A stretch of 62,617 bases of DNA from Candidatus Subterrananammoxibius californiae (lineage in GTDB: Bacteria > Planctomycetota > Brocadiia > Brocadiales > Subterrananammoxibiaceae), in contig JAURAC010000019.1 of NCBI GenBank assembly GCA_030586555.1, positions 6,534 to 69,150 on the forward strand. The letters run 5' to 3'. Every line of letters begins with the position of its first letter. The stretch's first letter is position 1. Below are positions 39,001 to 47,418 of this stretch, piece after piece. Below the pieces are notes generated by a model that did not search any database, was not told the DNA's origin, and worked only from the letters and a program-made list of their open reading frames with translations. A program made the position numbers and the translations under genes.

Positions 39001-39083
39001 TTAAAAAGGCTATGGAAACAAACAAACCAACACCTTACGCAACCTTTGCCAGGGATAAGCTGGCAGAGTTAGGAGAGGATTAA
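36024..39083 (+). CDS. Membrane GT-C-like protein (PTPS-related/YfhO-like) with C-terminal TPRs
   Basis: GGDTASY, W.P.NFAGYPLFQFY, KWNYEGYE and SYFPNW; TPRs follow the last TM helices. Confidence 0.75.
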   Translation: MLNKINTERRHIICDAIILILLEIFILSYFHPSLLIKDTIISGGDTASYFHPLKYLKETLLSSGRLIGWDPGNFAGYPLFQFYFVIPFLLAVILGYFIKLTVALKIVSILGILTLPLFAYSSFRKLNYSFPVPVIAAILILVFLFQEGYNMWGGNILSTLAGEFCYGISLSVFVLYLGHLYRGINDNKGIVKNAFLLALCGFCHSFIFVIAVTLSLFFLFQDFVPWTNLFARAKSTDGRDEFVRKLKYVVKLNFLAFLLLGFWFIPFITKVKYTTPFYLIWSFGSWKELLSFSLLPFLILSIIRVALPKRFMKSDDEGRCTYFLYICFVSIMLYCNAHLHRAPDIRFLPVFYLMTIFITADMVGCIVRYIKPRVIFGSIVLFGITFWIYYQGGNVESWAKWNYEGYEAKATWKTFERINSFLKGEVSAPRVAYEKSHLYNSFGSDRVFESLPLFSGRQTLEGIHFASSLSSKPILFLQTELSHDILAPISYIFSRVDIDALSKHLKMFNISHLLVVTEKTKDSLRKNTDFKEIFKLEKYSIFEFTRNKGNYVEIPKYLPVVFTGKDWREQFYEWFKTRDTLDIPLIPIEFISKRDLSHFKTFSDNIHDISHLKNNDLLSLKSDATQPEIIETFSPFEIKFVTPYPHVPHIIKVSYFPNWKVSGADKIYPVSPSFMLVIPNQNEVTLTYGRTPADILGIIFTLAGLVISAVTVCGLWSRVAWTNSFVCAQKIWDFVYKTLRPCLLIAIIVLLAVSTTYCMIYRNYPIKTYHKGMDIYSSGRYEDAIKTFQKITRDKKYDIVDVVLSMLFEARSHINMKRYDNAIKIFQDIIDTYPYSRYVAEAYYEIGQVYMIQDDIESARMAFEKAIDTDEYSSYATHAKNKLAQLTKGFSPSATYNKGIALFNEKKYAEAAEVFTRITSTNPPEADEAPEYPLSLLFEARCYTNMGDYGKAIKTFRKVLVRHKDSIYAPECYYEIGLIYLKKDKKGLAKEMFKKAMETNKPTPYATFARDKLAELGED

Positions 39084-39128
39084 ATAAAAAAACTGGTAGA
39101 CAACAGACTTTGTGTACGTTGAATCTTG

Positions 39129-39159
39129 GGGTGGCATGGACAAACTTGTTTGTCCATGC
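39129..39159. repeat. GTGG-type REP family B (GGGTGGCATGGACAAACTTGTTTGTCCATGC)
   Basis: Copies at 36693-36723, 38176-38206 and 55125-55157 (in CDS), 57408-57437 and 57460-57491 (inverted pair), and a half copy at 498-513. Confidence 0.85.
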
Positions 39160-39215
39160 TTAGGAATCTACGATGGTAAACATCGTTGTCTACCCGAAAA
39201 AGGTAAGTGAATTTG

Positions 39216-40637
39216 CTATGGCACTACCTTGATACTATCCTTCGCAGGTTTGGAAACATTGCCTGCCATATCCTTAAATTTTACATAGACACTCCTTTTT
39301 CCCACCCCTGCCTCCAATGACCATGTTTTAGCTGTTACGTAATCCTCCCAGCTTGCACCCTCAAACTTGGAGGAGTTGGATACCATCATCTTTACTACAC
39401 CCGACCCATCCTTATCATCTGCAGTAATATTTAATGTTACATCCTCACCCTCGGGAACGGTACGGTCGCCATCATTTATCTTAACGCTTCCCTTTGGCTG
39501 CGAGGAGTCTATGGTATAACTCCACACCTCTGTGCCTGTGGAGGGGTTCCAGAGACCGGCATAAAGGTCTCCTTTGAAGATAGCCATTGAGTCAATACTC
39601 TTATTTGCAAGATTTCCAAAACCATCGTCAGCTAAAATGTTCCAGCTTCCCTCTATCGGATAGTTAAACAAACCTGCTCCTGAAGATTCATTCCATGTTC
39701 CAGCGTATAATAGGCGATTATCTGCAGCCATTGACCATGCGCCAACGGTTCCAGTGATGCCAAAGGCGTCCTCATTTACCTGTTCCCAGTCAGTGCCGTT
39801 AGATGTACGCCAGACCTCTGCCCCGGCGACGTTATTCCACGTACCTGCATAAAGGTTGTTTTTATAGACCACAAAGGTTGCAATAGAAAGATTGCTTGCA
39901 TCACCAAACCCGCCTCCGCCAATATCTACCTCAGACCATACTGTGCCATTGCTGGTGCGCCATATCTGGGCGCCTGTGGAGTCATTCTGCGTACCTGCAT
40001 ACAGGTATCTGCCAAGGACTGCCATAGACCATGCGCTTACATTGGTAATATCCCCAAAGCCATCCTCATTTACCTGTGTCCAGTCGGTGCCACTGGATGT
40101 GCGCCAGATTTCTCCCCCGTCTACCGAATTCCAGGTGCCTGCATAAAGGTAATTACCTAAAGAACACAATGAATCTATCTCAGAATTGTTTGAGTCACCA
40201 AATCCGTCTGTATTTGCCTGCGACCAAACAGTGCCGTTGGAAGTGCGCCAGATTTCTCCCCCTGTCGAGTCGTTCCATGTGCCCACATAAAGATAATTCT
40301 TGAAGACAGCCATTGCGTTTGCGCTCACATTGGCGTTATCTCCAAAGCCGTCTGTATTTACCTGCGACCAGTCATTGCCGTTAGAAGTACGCCAGATTTC
40401 TACCCCTGTAGATTGATTCCACGTTCCTACATAAAGATAATTTTTGAAGACCGCCATTGACCATGAATCCCGATTACTGCTACTTCCAAATCCATCAAGA
40501 TTAACCTGCTCGAAGACGGCAGCGTTTGACCTGTCTGCGTGCCACGCACAGGCAGGGATGTTCAGGATACAAACAACATTAAACAATAGTATAAAAACCA
40601 TTGCATATTTAACTTTTTTGTAAATTTTATTACACAT
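39216..40637 (-). CDS. Secreted beta-propeller repeat protein with C-terminal Ig-like domain (start uncertain, 40601-40691)
   Basis: About seven repeats of SMAVFKNYLYVGTWN..G.EIWRTSNG..W.QVN.DGFG; signal peptide. Confidence 0.8.
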   Translation of the reverse strand: MCNKIYKKVKYAMVFILLFNVVCILNIPACAWHADRSNAAVFEQVNLDGFGSSSNRDSWSMAVFKNYLYVGTWNQSTGVEIWRTSNGNDWSQVNTDGFGDNANVSANAMAVFKNYLYVGTWNDSTGGEIWRTSNGTVWSQANTDGFGDSNNSEIDSLCSLGNYLYAGTWNSVDGGEIWRTSSGTDWTQVNEDGFGDITNVSAWSMAVLGRYLYAGTQNDSTGAQIWRTSNGTVWSEVDIGGGGFGDASNLSIATFVVYKNNLYAGTWNNVAGAEVWRTSNGTDWEQVNEDAFGITGTVGAWSMAADNRLLYAGTWNESSGAGLFNYPIEGSWNILADDGFGNLANKSIDSMAIFKGDLYAGLWNPSTGTEVWSYTIDSSQPKGSVKINDGDRTVPEGEDVTLNITADDKDGSGVVKMMVSNSSKFEGASWEDYVTAKTWSLEAGVGKRSVYVKFKDMAGNVSKPAKDSIKVVP

Positions 40638-40782
40638 ACGTAATCCCGCATTTGATTGAATACGGGGTGCAACGACCCGTAATTCTTGCATTGGCGTGGT
40701 TAATATATTCGGGAAAAAAAAGGTAGCCCAGTCCGCCTTAGGCGGGCTGGGCTACCCCCATGCTAAAATCCCCTCTTCTCCT

Positions 40783-42075
40783 TTATTGTCGTCTTCTTCT
40801 CCACAGGATATAGAATATTCCTGCCGCCATCAACAAGACACCGTAGATTATAGTGCCTTTCGGATGCGTAATGGCAGGTATGTTTGGTGTAGTTGTCCTG
40901 GTAGTCGTAGTCCTTGTGGATGTACTCGTAGTACTTGTGGTTGTACTCGTGGTACTTGTAGTTGTGGAAGTCGTACTCGTAGAAGTAGTACTCGTAGTTG
41001 TAGAAGTCGTGCTCGTTGTTGTAGAAGTAGTCGTTGTGGTCGTTGTAGTTGTCGTTGTAGTTGTTGTAGTTGTTGTTGTACTCGTCGTAGTTGTGGATGT
41101 AGTCGTAGTGGTCGTAGTGGTCGTAGTGGTTTCTTGCCTTGACATGGGGGCAGAACCCCTGCTTGCGCCCAGAACCTGGGCAGCGAAAGGACCGATACAA
41201 GAACAATCTGTAGAAGGTGAGCCAGAAGAATTAATATCCAATCCCCAAAAACCTGTGTCCAACGCAACAGTATTGGTCTCAAAAGCAAAGACAATCGCCT
41301 GTCCTATATTTAAACTTATGCCGTCCGTTAAAAGTGAGGCATCAGCGCATCCAGTGGAACCCACGGTTGGAGATGAAGTACCGAAGCCATATGTGGATTC
41401 ACCAGCGGCTAAAGGAGGAGAACCAGCGATTTGGGCGGCTTGCCCCCCCCAACCTGCATCGTTTATCACGACTAAAGCTGTGCCGCTAACTTCTGTGGCG
41501 TCCGTAGCATCCCAGCAAAACCTTTCACCAGCATTTTCTACACTATTGTCATTTAAATCTAACCAAACACTACCATTTCCACTGGTAGGATGAGTACCAG
41601 TAACAAAATTACCACCAACAGTTATATCTGTCGGGGTAAGTACGGCTGACCTTTTTGCACTGGCTAATGCAATTATTGAACTGCCGCTTAATACCCTTGC
41701 AACGTCACCAGAAGTAGGAGGTACAGCACCTGAACAAATTGGTGCGCCACCACTCCCCGGATTGCCAAAACCTGGGGTTCCATAAAGAGTCATAATCTTA
41801 ATACTTTCTTGGCCGGATATGCTTGCAGATGTGGCTCTTATCACAAGGAATGCCTTACCGTGTGGTGGACCACCTGATACAAAAGGAAAGAGGAAGCTAT
41901 CTATCCCAAAGTTCATTCGTGGGTTAGTCTGTGCGTTGGCATTCTGGGTGTTCAAGAGGATACCGAGAGAAATACTTGTTGATAATATGAGGCTTACTGC
42001 TATGAGTGAACTTCTAAAGGCGTGCCCAATCCCGGCCTGTCGCCAGGACAGGCTTAATTTACCCCTTTTACGCAT
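40783..42075 (-). CDS. Surface protein with Thr/Ser-rich linker and a variant IPTL-CTERM-like sorting signal
   Basis: Signal peptide (NANA), Gly/Ser-rich domain, ~75-residue poly-T/S linker, then IPAITHPKG, a TM helix and RRRRQ. Confidence 0.8.
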   Translation of the reverse strand: MRKRGKLSLSWRQAGIGHAFRSSLIAVSLILSTSISLGILLNTQNANAQTNPRMNFGIDSFLFPFVSGGPPHGKAFLVIRATSASISGQESIKIMTLYGTPGFGNPGSGGAPICSGAVPPTSGDVARVLSGSSIIALASAKRSAVLTPTDITVGGNFVTGTHPTSGNGSVWLDLNDNSVENAGERFCWDATDATEVSGTALVVINDAGWGGQAAQIAGSPPLAAGESTYGFGTSSPTVGSTGCADASLLTDGISLNIGQAIVFAFETNTVALDTGFWGLDINSSGSPSTDCSCIGPFAAQVLGASRGSAPMSRQETTTTTTTTTTTSTTTTSTTTTTTTTTTTTTTTTTTSTTTSTTSTTTSTTSTSTTSTTTSTTSTTTSTTSTSTRTTTTRTTTPNIPAITHPKGTIIYGVLLMAAGIFYILWRRRRQ

Positions 42076-42197
42076 ATTTTTGTTCCTCCTTTTTTATTTT
42101 TTGCACTTCGTTACCCAACAGTAAGTATTCTCCTTTTGAGGAGGGTCTCTACGAAAGGACATTCACACGATATGATGGATGTTAAATACTTTAAGGG

Positions 42198-42225
42198 ATT
42201 ATACTACAAAAAGAATTTTTGTCAA
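42198..42225 (-). promoter_or_regulatory. Consensus sigma70 promoter of the CTERM surface protein
   Basis: TTGACA-N16-TATAAT with an AT-rich upstream region; AGGAGG RBS at 42085-42090. Confidence 0.7.
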
Positions 42226-42263
42226 GACAAAAATTAAATTTTTTTATGAAAATTTATTTGTCG

Positions 42264-42360
42264 CTCGTTCCCACGCTCTGCGTGGGAATGCAATAGCTGA
42301 CGCTCTGCGTCTTTACGTCTTTAAATAAAGTTTCTATGGAGTAGTAACGCAGAGCGTGGG
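42264..42360. repeat. Composite palindromic element CTCGTTCCCACGCTCTGCGTGGGAA...GACGCTCTGCGTC...ACGCAGAGCGT
   Basis: Same core as 15379-15407. Confidence 0.7.
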
Positions 42361-42375
42361 TATGGGCAAATGTTT

Positions 42376-42726
42376 TTACAACCAACCCTTAAGGATGATT
42401 GCGATGAGAAGCGTTATCCAGAATCCGAAGAACCACTTTATAAGGTCAATTTTTACTGTTTGAATTTGTTTTTCGAATTCTGCCTTAAAGACTCGTAATT
42501 GATTCTCAAGGTCTGTTTTAATAGCCCGTGACTGATTCTCAAGGTCTGTTTTGATAGCTCGTGACTGATTCTCAAGGTCTGCCTTAAGGACCCGTGATTG
42601 ATTCTCAAGGTCTGCCTTTGTTGCAACATCCTCTTTCGATTCCTCAACAAAGGAAACTAATTCTTTTGCTTCCTCTTCTCCTAACTTAGGAGTAAGCATT
42701 TTTATAAGTTCGTAAGTTTTAAGCAT
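42376..42726 (-). CDS. DUF1640/CCDC90-like coiled-coil protein with 11-aa repeats and C-terminal TM
   Basis: VATKADL, four K(A/T)DLENQxRxx repeats and LIKWFFGFWI. Confidence 0.8.
   Translation of the reverse strand: MLKTYELIKMLTPKLGEEEAKELVSFVEESKEDVATKADLENQSRVLKADLENQSRAIKTDLENQSRAIKTDLENQLRVFKAEFEKQIQTVKIDLIKWFFGFWITLLIAIILKGWL
42482..42618. repeat. 33-bp coding tandem repeat, about four copies
   Basis: TGATTCTCAAGGTCTG recurs every 33 nt. Confidence 0.85.
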
Positions 42727-42847
42727 ATCCTTACTTTCCTGAGACGTTGCTATTACAACCGAAGTTTAACATTAGATTTAATAATTGTCAAGGAAATTGT
42801 CTGTCCCGAAAATAGACATTGAAAATTGTCATCACGAATTACAATGT

Positions 42848-42870
42848 GTAGCCGCAGGCTTTAGCCTGCG
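42848..42870. repeat. GTAG-type REP GTAGCCGCAGGCTTTAGCCTGCG
   Basis: GTAG foot plus hairpin CGCAGGCT-TT-AGCCTGCG. Confidence 0.6.
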
Positions 42871-43231
42871 TGAATTGCTAAAGTTTGCTGCGACCCAATA
42901 CGTATACACCATTCAGGTGCGCATAACAACGTATATTTTAAAAGGTTAGAATGTCAATGTCTATTTTTTGGAAAAAAAAGCTTGCAAAATGACTTTTTAT
43001 CTGGTAAAATTCGCACCATTCTCCATTTCCCTTCCGAAATACCTCGTTTTAGCAGGTAAAATATTTCTTCATCTTCGTCAGCTGTTTGTATTCTTTGCCA
43101 TGCCATGTCCACGGCATGTTGCCATGGCATGCGGCATGACGTGGTTGTTGCAATTACATCAACAAGTTTTTAATTTTTTAGTACAAACAATATCGCCATC
43201 ACACGTAGAATTGCATGAAACAAGAAAAAAT

Positions 43232-43296
43232 GTAGGGGCGAACCTATGAGTTTGCCCTGACGATATTTTTGGGTTGACACATAGGTCAACCCCTAC
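43232..43296. repeat. GTAG-type REP doublet
   Basis: GTAGGGGCGAACCTATG...CATAGGTCAACCCCTAC inverted pair. Confidence 0.75.
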
Positions 43297-43478
43297 GATT
43301 ACAATAAACCTGCATTATCAAGAGCACTAAGGTATGGACAATATGTTCATTATTGAGCTTTTGATTGGACTTTTGTTCAAAAGTGGATTGCCCATTGTAG
43401 GATAGTCTCGGCAGAAATGGAAGTGTTAAGTACTTAGTTTGAAAATAATTGTGATTTTTTTATGTGTCTTATTCGTTA

Positions 43479-43493
43479 TGGCATCATGCTTGC
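43479..43493 (+). promoter_or_regulatory. Putative sigma54 promoter of the 845-aa surface protein
   Basis: TGGCATCATGCTTGC (GG-N10-GC) about 150 nt before the ATG, preceded by an AT-rich tract. Confidence 0.55.
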
Positions 43494-43645
43494 GGCGGTG
43501 AAAAATGGCTGCCGATCCATAAGCTGGCATAGACACACCCCCATCCCCTCTTTCAAGAGGGGAGAAAGGTGTGTGTGTTTGTCTCTATACCACCTTATGA
43601 TGCCTGCATTTTGTCCCAACTAATTTAATTTTAAGGGGTATTGTT

Positions 43646-46183
43646 ATGATTTTTTTAATGCCAAAACGTTGGTTTTACGTAGGTATTTTTTTTGTTTCCT
43701 TGTTTGCATCTCAATATACGACATCTTCAGCAGGCACGCTGGTTAACACTTCTGTAGAACTTTCCACCACAGTTCCCAACGTATCGGGAAACTTTATCGT
43801 GTGCAGAACGGATGAAATCTTACTGGGGCAAGACCTTAATAATGATAACGAGACGAATGACCCCATACTTCAATATTATGATATATCCAATAGGAAATTA
43901 GTAAATACCATGGCAATAGCCAAAAATGAGGGACCTGGCATTTCCGGGAATACAATTGCGTTTGTAACTTATGAAAAAGATGCTCAAGTGGACATGAACG
44001 GTGATGGCAAACTTGCTCATTTTATCGTAATGTATTATGACGTGAGTAATAGCTTAATCGTCTCCACAGGTGGTGAGACCATTTATGGTTATGATACGAA
44101 CCCATCCATTTCTGGAAATATTATAGCCTTTTTAACCCTCGAATCTACAATTGGCACGGACCTGGACGGCGATGGCGCAACGAATGATACAGTTGTGCGT
44201 TACTTTGATAAAACAGTTGGAAAAGTAATTAACACTAAGGGAATAACCTATCTTAATTATTTACCTATTGTATCTGGTAACATAATTGCCTTCCCTACGT
44301 ATGAAAACGATTATCGAGGTGACCTGAACGGCGACGGAGACATGTATGATTTGGTAATGAGGTATTATGACATCGCCAGCAAAAAGCTAATTAGTACCAC
44401 GGCTGAAATGGTTGTTGCCGGGTTTTCTGCATTTAAAGATAAGATTGCATTTACTACATACGAAGGAAATGTTGGCGCATCTGGTACGGACCTTAACGGG
44501 GATGGTGATAAATATGATTATGTTTTGCGGTATTTTGATGTTTCATTAGGCCGCACAGTTAATACAGGTGCAGAAGTCAAACCGGGTTCTAAACCCTTTA
44601 TGTCTGAGTATATCATATCCTTTATTACATCCGAAGCATCTGTGGGATTGGATTTGAACGGTGACGGAGATAAAACTGACGATGTATTGAGGTACTATGA
44701 CCTTTCTAATGGGGCGATTGTAAATACAACTGTGGGAATCCTTGGTAATCCATGTGTGGATGGATGGAGGATAGCCTTTGTTACAGGCGAAAGTTCCGTT
44801 GGTAGATATGGGGCAGATTTAAATGGCGACGGTGATGTAGGTGACTATATAATAAGATATTTCGATGCATCCACCAGGGGCTTATACAACACTGGTGCAG
44901 AAGGGGGGACACCCTGCATATCGGGTAATGTTATAGCCTTCCAGACGTTTGAAAGTTCAATCGGTCCCAATGGGCTTGACCTCAATGGAAATGGCGATCT
45001 TCAAGAATTCATGCTTCGGTACTACATAATAAATAGTAATGACCCCCCAGTTACGACAACTACCACGACTACAACAAGCACGACCTCAACAACCAGTACT
45101 ACTGTACCGTCAACTACTACAACTACGACCACAAGACCAACTACCACTACAACCATGACAACCACAACGACTACTACAATAAGGACTACTACTACTACTA
45201 CAACTACTACAATCAAAACTACAACCAGTACATCAACAACGACTACTAAAGCACCTACTACTACGTCAAGCACAACGACTACAACCACGGTAACTACCAC
45301 AACAACGTTGCCTCCAAATATATGTGCAGACCCGGTGAGTTTCTATTTTGAGGCAACATTGCCTGGACCTAATCCAGAGGGTCAGATGTTAGAGGTGTAT
45401 GAATGTAAAGGCAGTAACCTAAGCTGGAGCGCTCAGCGCAGTAATACGTGGCTACAACTCAGCCAGATGGCGGACGACCCCAACTTGCTGGATGTTTCCG
45501 TTGACGTATCTGGAATCTCAAGCGCAGGGACTTATAATGGCTCAATAACAATCCTTGCATACGGGGCTGCAAATTCGCCCTTGCGGATTCCTGTCACACT
45601 TAAGGCAATAAAGGCGCCATTGCCAGTAGAGAATCTTGAGGCACGCAGGTGGGATGATATAATCATCCTAAAATGGGATGCAAACGAAGCCTACGATCTT
45701 TCTGGATATAAGGTGTATTACGACTTCGATAGTTCACAACCTCCTTATGATGGCACAGGCGCCGCTGAAGGAAATTCTGGGGAGATATTTATTGACGGAG
45801 CAGAAACAGCCCAGTTAACCGGTTTGCCAGAGGGGGTTATGTACGTAGCGGTGACTGCATTTGACTACGAGGGCAATGAAAGCGGCTATTCAGAGGCTAT
45901 TATCCCCAATTCTGTGAGTATTAATGACGGCGATGATATTGCGTTGTCGAGGTCTGTAACGCTTTATCTTACCTACGGCGATGGTATCACCCATGTAAGC
46001 ATTTCTAATGATGGCGAACGATGGTCGTCATGGCGTACAGCAAACCCCGTAATAAGGGATTGGTCTCTTACCAAAGGCGCCGGCGAAAAGAGCGTTTATG
46101 TGAAGTTCAAGGGTAATGGCAAGATATATGAGCCGGCAAAGGATACAATTTTGAAAGAGAGAAAAAGAGCATTATACAGGTAA
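43646..46183 (+). CDS. Secreted modular surface protein: DxNGDGD repeat propeller, Thr-rich linker, BACON-like, FN3 and C-terminal Ig-like domains
   Basis: About eight repeats of ISGN.IAF.T.E...DLNGDGD..D.V.RYYD; ~85-aa poly-Thr linker; LKWDAN...GYKVYY and VAVTAFD..GNES. Confidence 0.82.
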   Translation: MIFLMPKRWFYVGIFFVSLFASQYTTSSAGTLVNTSVELSTTVPNVSGNFIVCRTDEILLGQDLNNDNETNDPILQYYDISNRKLVNTMAIAKNEGPGISGNTIAFVTYEKDAQVDMNGDGKLAHFIVMYYDVSNSLIVSTGGETIYGYDTNPSISGNIIAFLTLESTIGTDLDGDGATNDTVVRYFDKTVGKVINTKGITYLNYLPIVSGNIIAFPTYENDYRGDLNGDGDMYDLVMRYYDIASKKLISTTAEMVVAGFSAFKDKIAFTTYEGNVGASGTDLNGDGDKYDYVLRYFDVSLGRTVNTGAEVKPGSKPFMSEYIISFITSEASVGLDLNGDGDKTDDVLRYYDLSNGAIVNTTVGILGNPCVDGWRIAFVTGESSVGRYGADLNGDGDVGDYIIRYFDASTRGLYNTGAEGGTPCISGNVIAFQTFESSIGPNGLDLNGNGDLQEFMLRYYIINSNDPPVTTTTTTTTSTTSTTSTTVPSTTTTTTTRPTTTTTMTTTTTTTIRTTTTTTTTTIKTTTSTSTTTTKAPTTTSSTTTTTTVTTTTTLPPNICADPVSFYFEATLPGPNPEGQMLEVYECKGSNLSWSAQRSNTWLQLSQMADDPNLLDVSVDVSGISSAGTYNGSITILAYGAANSPLRIPVTLKAIKAPLPVENLEARRWDDIIILKWDANEAYDLSGYKVYYDFDSSQPPYDGTGAAEGNSGEIFIDGAETAQLTGLPEGVMYVAVTAFDYEGNESGYSEAIIPNSVSINDGDDIALSRSVTLYLTYGDGITHVSISNDGERWSSWRTANPVIRDWSLTKGAGEKSVYVKFKGNGKIYEPAKDTILKERKRALYR

Positions 46184-46205
46184 CATTAATCCCTCTTTGT
46201 CCCCT

Positions 46206-46964
46206 TTATAAAGGGGGGGCAAAGGGGGATTTCTTTCCACAGCACCTCTTGTATTTCCTGCCACTTCCACAGGGGCAGGGGGCATTTCTGTCAAATCTTT
46301 CCTTTGTCTTCGATGATGCGGGTTCTTCCTTAAAAAAGAAAGTCTTATAGCACAAAATCGCCCATATAAAGAAAGGGAAAAATTGCCAGCCTACCCCTTC
46401 ATAAAAATTTTTCCCCCAGTAGTATATGCTTTGCATGATACCGATATGGATTTCATCAATGTGGCTGTCCAGAACCTGAACAGAGTAAAACTTTACGACG
46501 AATATAGTAAGCAATACGTGGACAAAAAAAAGCATGCCAATTGCTAATAACAGAAGCTTTAGCCGCTTGGATATATTTAATCGTGGACTGGCGAGAACAA
46601 GCGCAATCAGTAAAACCATATTCATGTGAATCTGTTTTCCCTCCAATTTTAAGGAGATGCCTTTTGGTTCGGGTTTACTGTACGAGACAATGATGTCAGA
46701 ATTCTCAGATTTCAACGATGTTACCTTATTGTGGTATTGTGATGCTGAAAGTTCGGAAAAGAAAATGGCCTCATTTGATACTGCGCTGAGGGCTTTTGTG
46801 TAAAGTGTAGAGACGGGTACCCATGCAAGGTAACTCAGCGCAAAAAAGAGTAATACCCTGCCGAAGAAAAGAAGTGAGTTACTGGCGACGGACCTGGACG
46901 AACCTTTCCACCCAAAAAAGCCAGAGAACCACCCCAAAAGCGATAATAATCGATTCTGCCACAT
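46206..46964 (-). CDS. Exosortase H-associated membrane protein with C-terminal SEC-C metal-binding motif (start uncertain)
   Basis: Multi-TM protein directly downstream of the exosortase; RNAPCPCGSGRKYKRCCG. Confidence 0.7.
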   Translation of the reverse strand: MWQNRLLSLLGWFSGFFGWKGSSRSVASNSLLFFGRVLLFFALSYLAWVPVSTLYTKALSAVSNEAIFFSELSASQYHNKVTSLKSENSDIIVSYSKPEPKGISLKLEGKQIHMNMVLLIALVLASPRLNISKRLKLLLLAIGMLFFVHVLLTIFVVKFYSVQVLDSHIDEIHIGIMQSIYYWGKNFYEGVGWQFFPFFIWAILCYKTFFFKEEPASSKTKERFDRNAPCPCGSGRKYKRCCGKKSPFAPPL

Positions 46965-47418
46965 AAATATGATATGTCTCAAAGGATGCAGGGAAGTAAC
47001 GAAGAACATAAAATAGACATACTACACGGACAAGATTGATGGCTTCGATAATAGGTATTCCGATGGCTACGCCAATCACCTTTTCTTTTATTTTGCAGGG
47101 GTAAGCGATTACAGCCGCAAGATATATGATGCAAACAATCATCCCGTTACATGCGCTTACGATACCGACGCTTAAATCCTTTGTCTCAAGTGACGTGCCG
47201 ACTGCCCTTGCATCCAATCCAAAGAGCCTTAGTATGAAGCTAACGCTGTGAGCAATTGCCACATTAAGGTATCTTGAATATGTACCTTCATCTGTAAACT
47301 CTGAACCAAGAAAATAAAAAACCAGGAAGGTCAAAGATACAAAGACGATGCCAAAACGAATTATTTGCCAGTTTTTCCCTTTGAAGAAGCCTTTTTGATT
47401 TCTGTTTATGTGTTTCAT
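46879..47418 (-). CDS. xrtH: Exosortase H-type (archaeosortase/exosortase family) transpeptidase
   Basis: 179-aa multi-TM protein with the Cys-Arg-His triad in IVSACNG, INLVRVVCLFY and YHIYV; AAVIAYP...K..G...G pattern. Confidence 0.8.
   Translation of the reverse strand: MKHINRNQKGFFKGKNWQIIRFGIVFVSLTFLVFYFLGSEFTDEGTYSRYLNVAIAHSVSFILRLFGLDARAVGTSLETKDLSVGIVSACNGMIVCIIYLAAVIAYPCKIKEKVIGVAIGIPIIEAINLVRVVCLFYVLRYFPASFETYHIYVAESIIIAFGVVLWLFWVERFVQVRRQ

Noticed and set aside
40696..41593. Several overlapping long ORFs (poly-Val, Y/N/D-rich, C/R/S-rich, L/Q/R-rich)
   Set aside because: Shadow frames of the ACN/Thr-rich linker of the 40783-42075 gene, which has the signal peptide, RBS and promoter.
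42482..42618. Regular 33-bp repeats as a possible CRISPR array
   Set aside because: Head-to-tail with no unique spacers, in frame within a CDS, and no cas genes in the window.
42968..43249. 93-aa ORF
   Set aside because: TTG start lies upstream of the local promoter, there is no SD or recognisable motif, and it ends inside a REP.
45022..45300. Poly-Val ORF on the minus strand
   Set aside because: Antisense of the poly-Thr linker.
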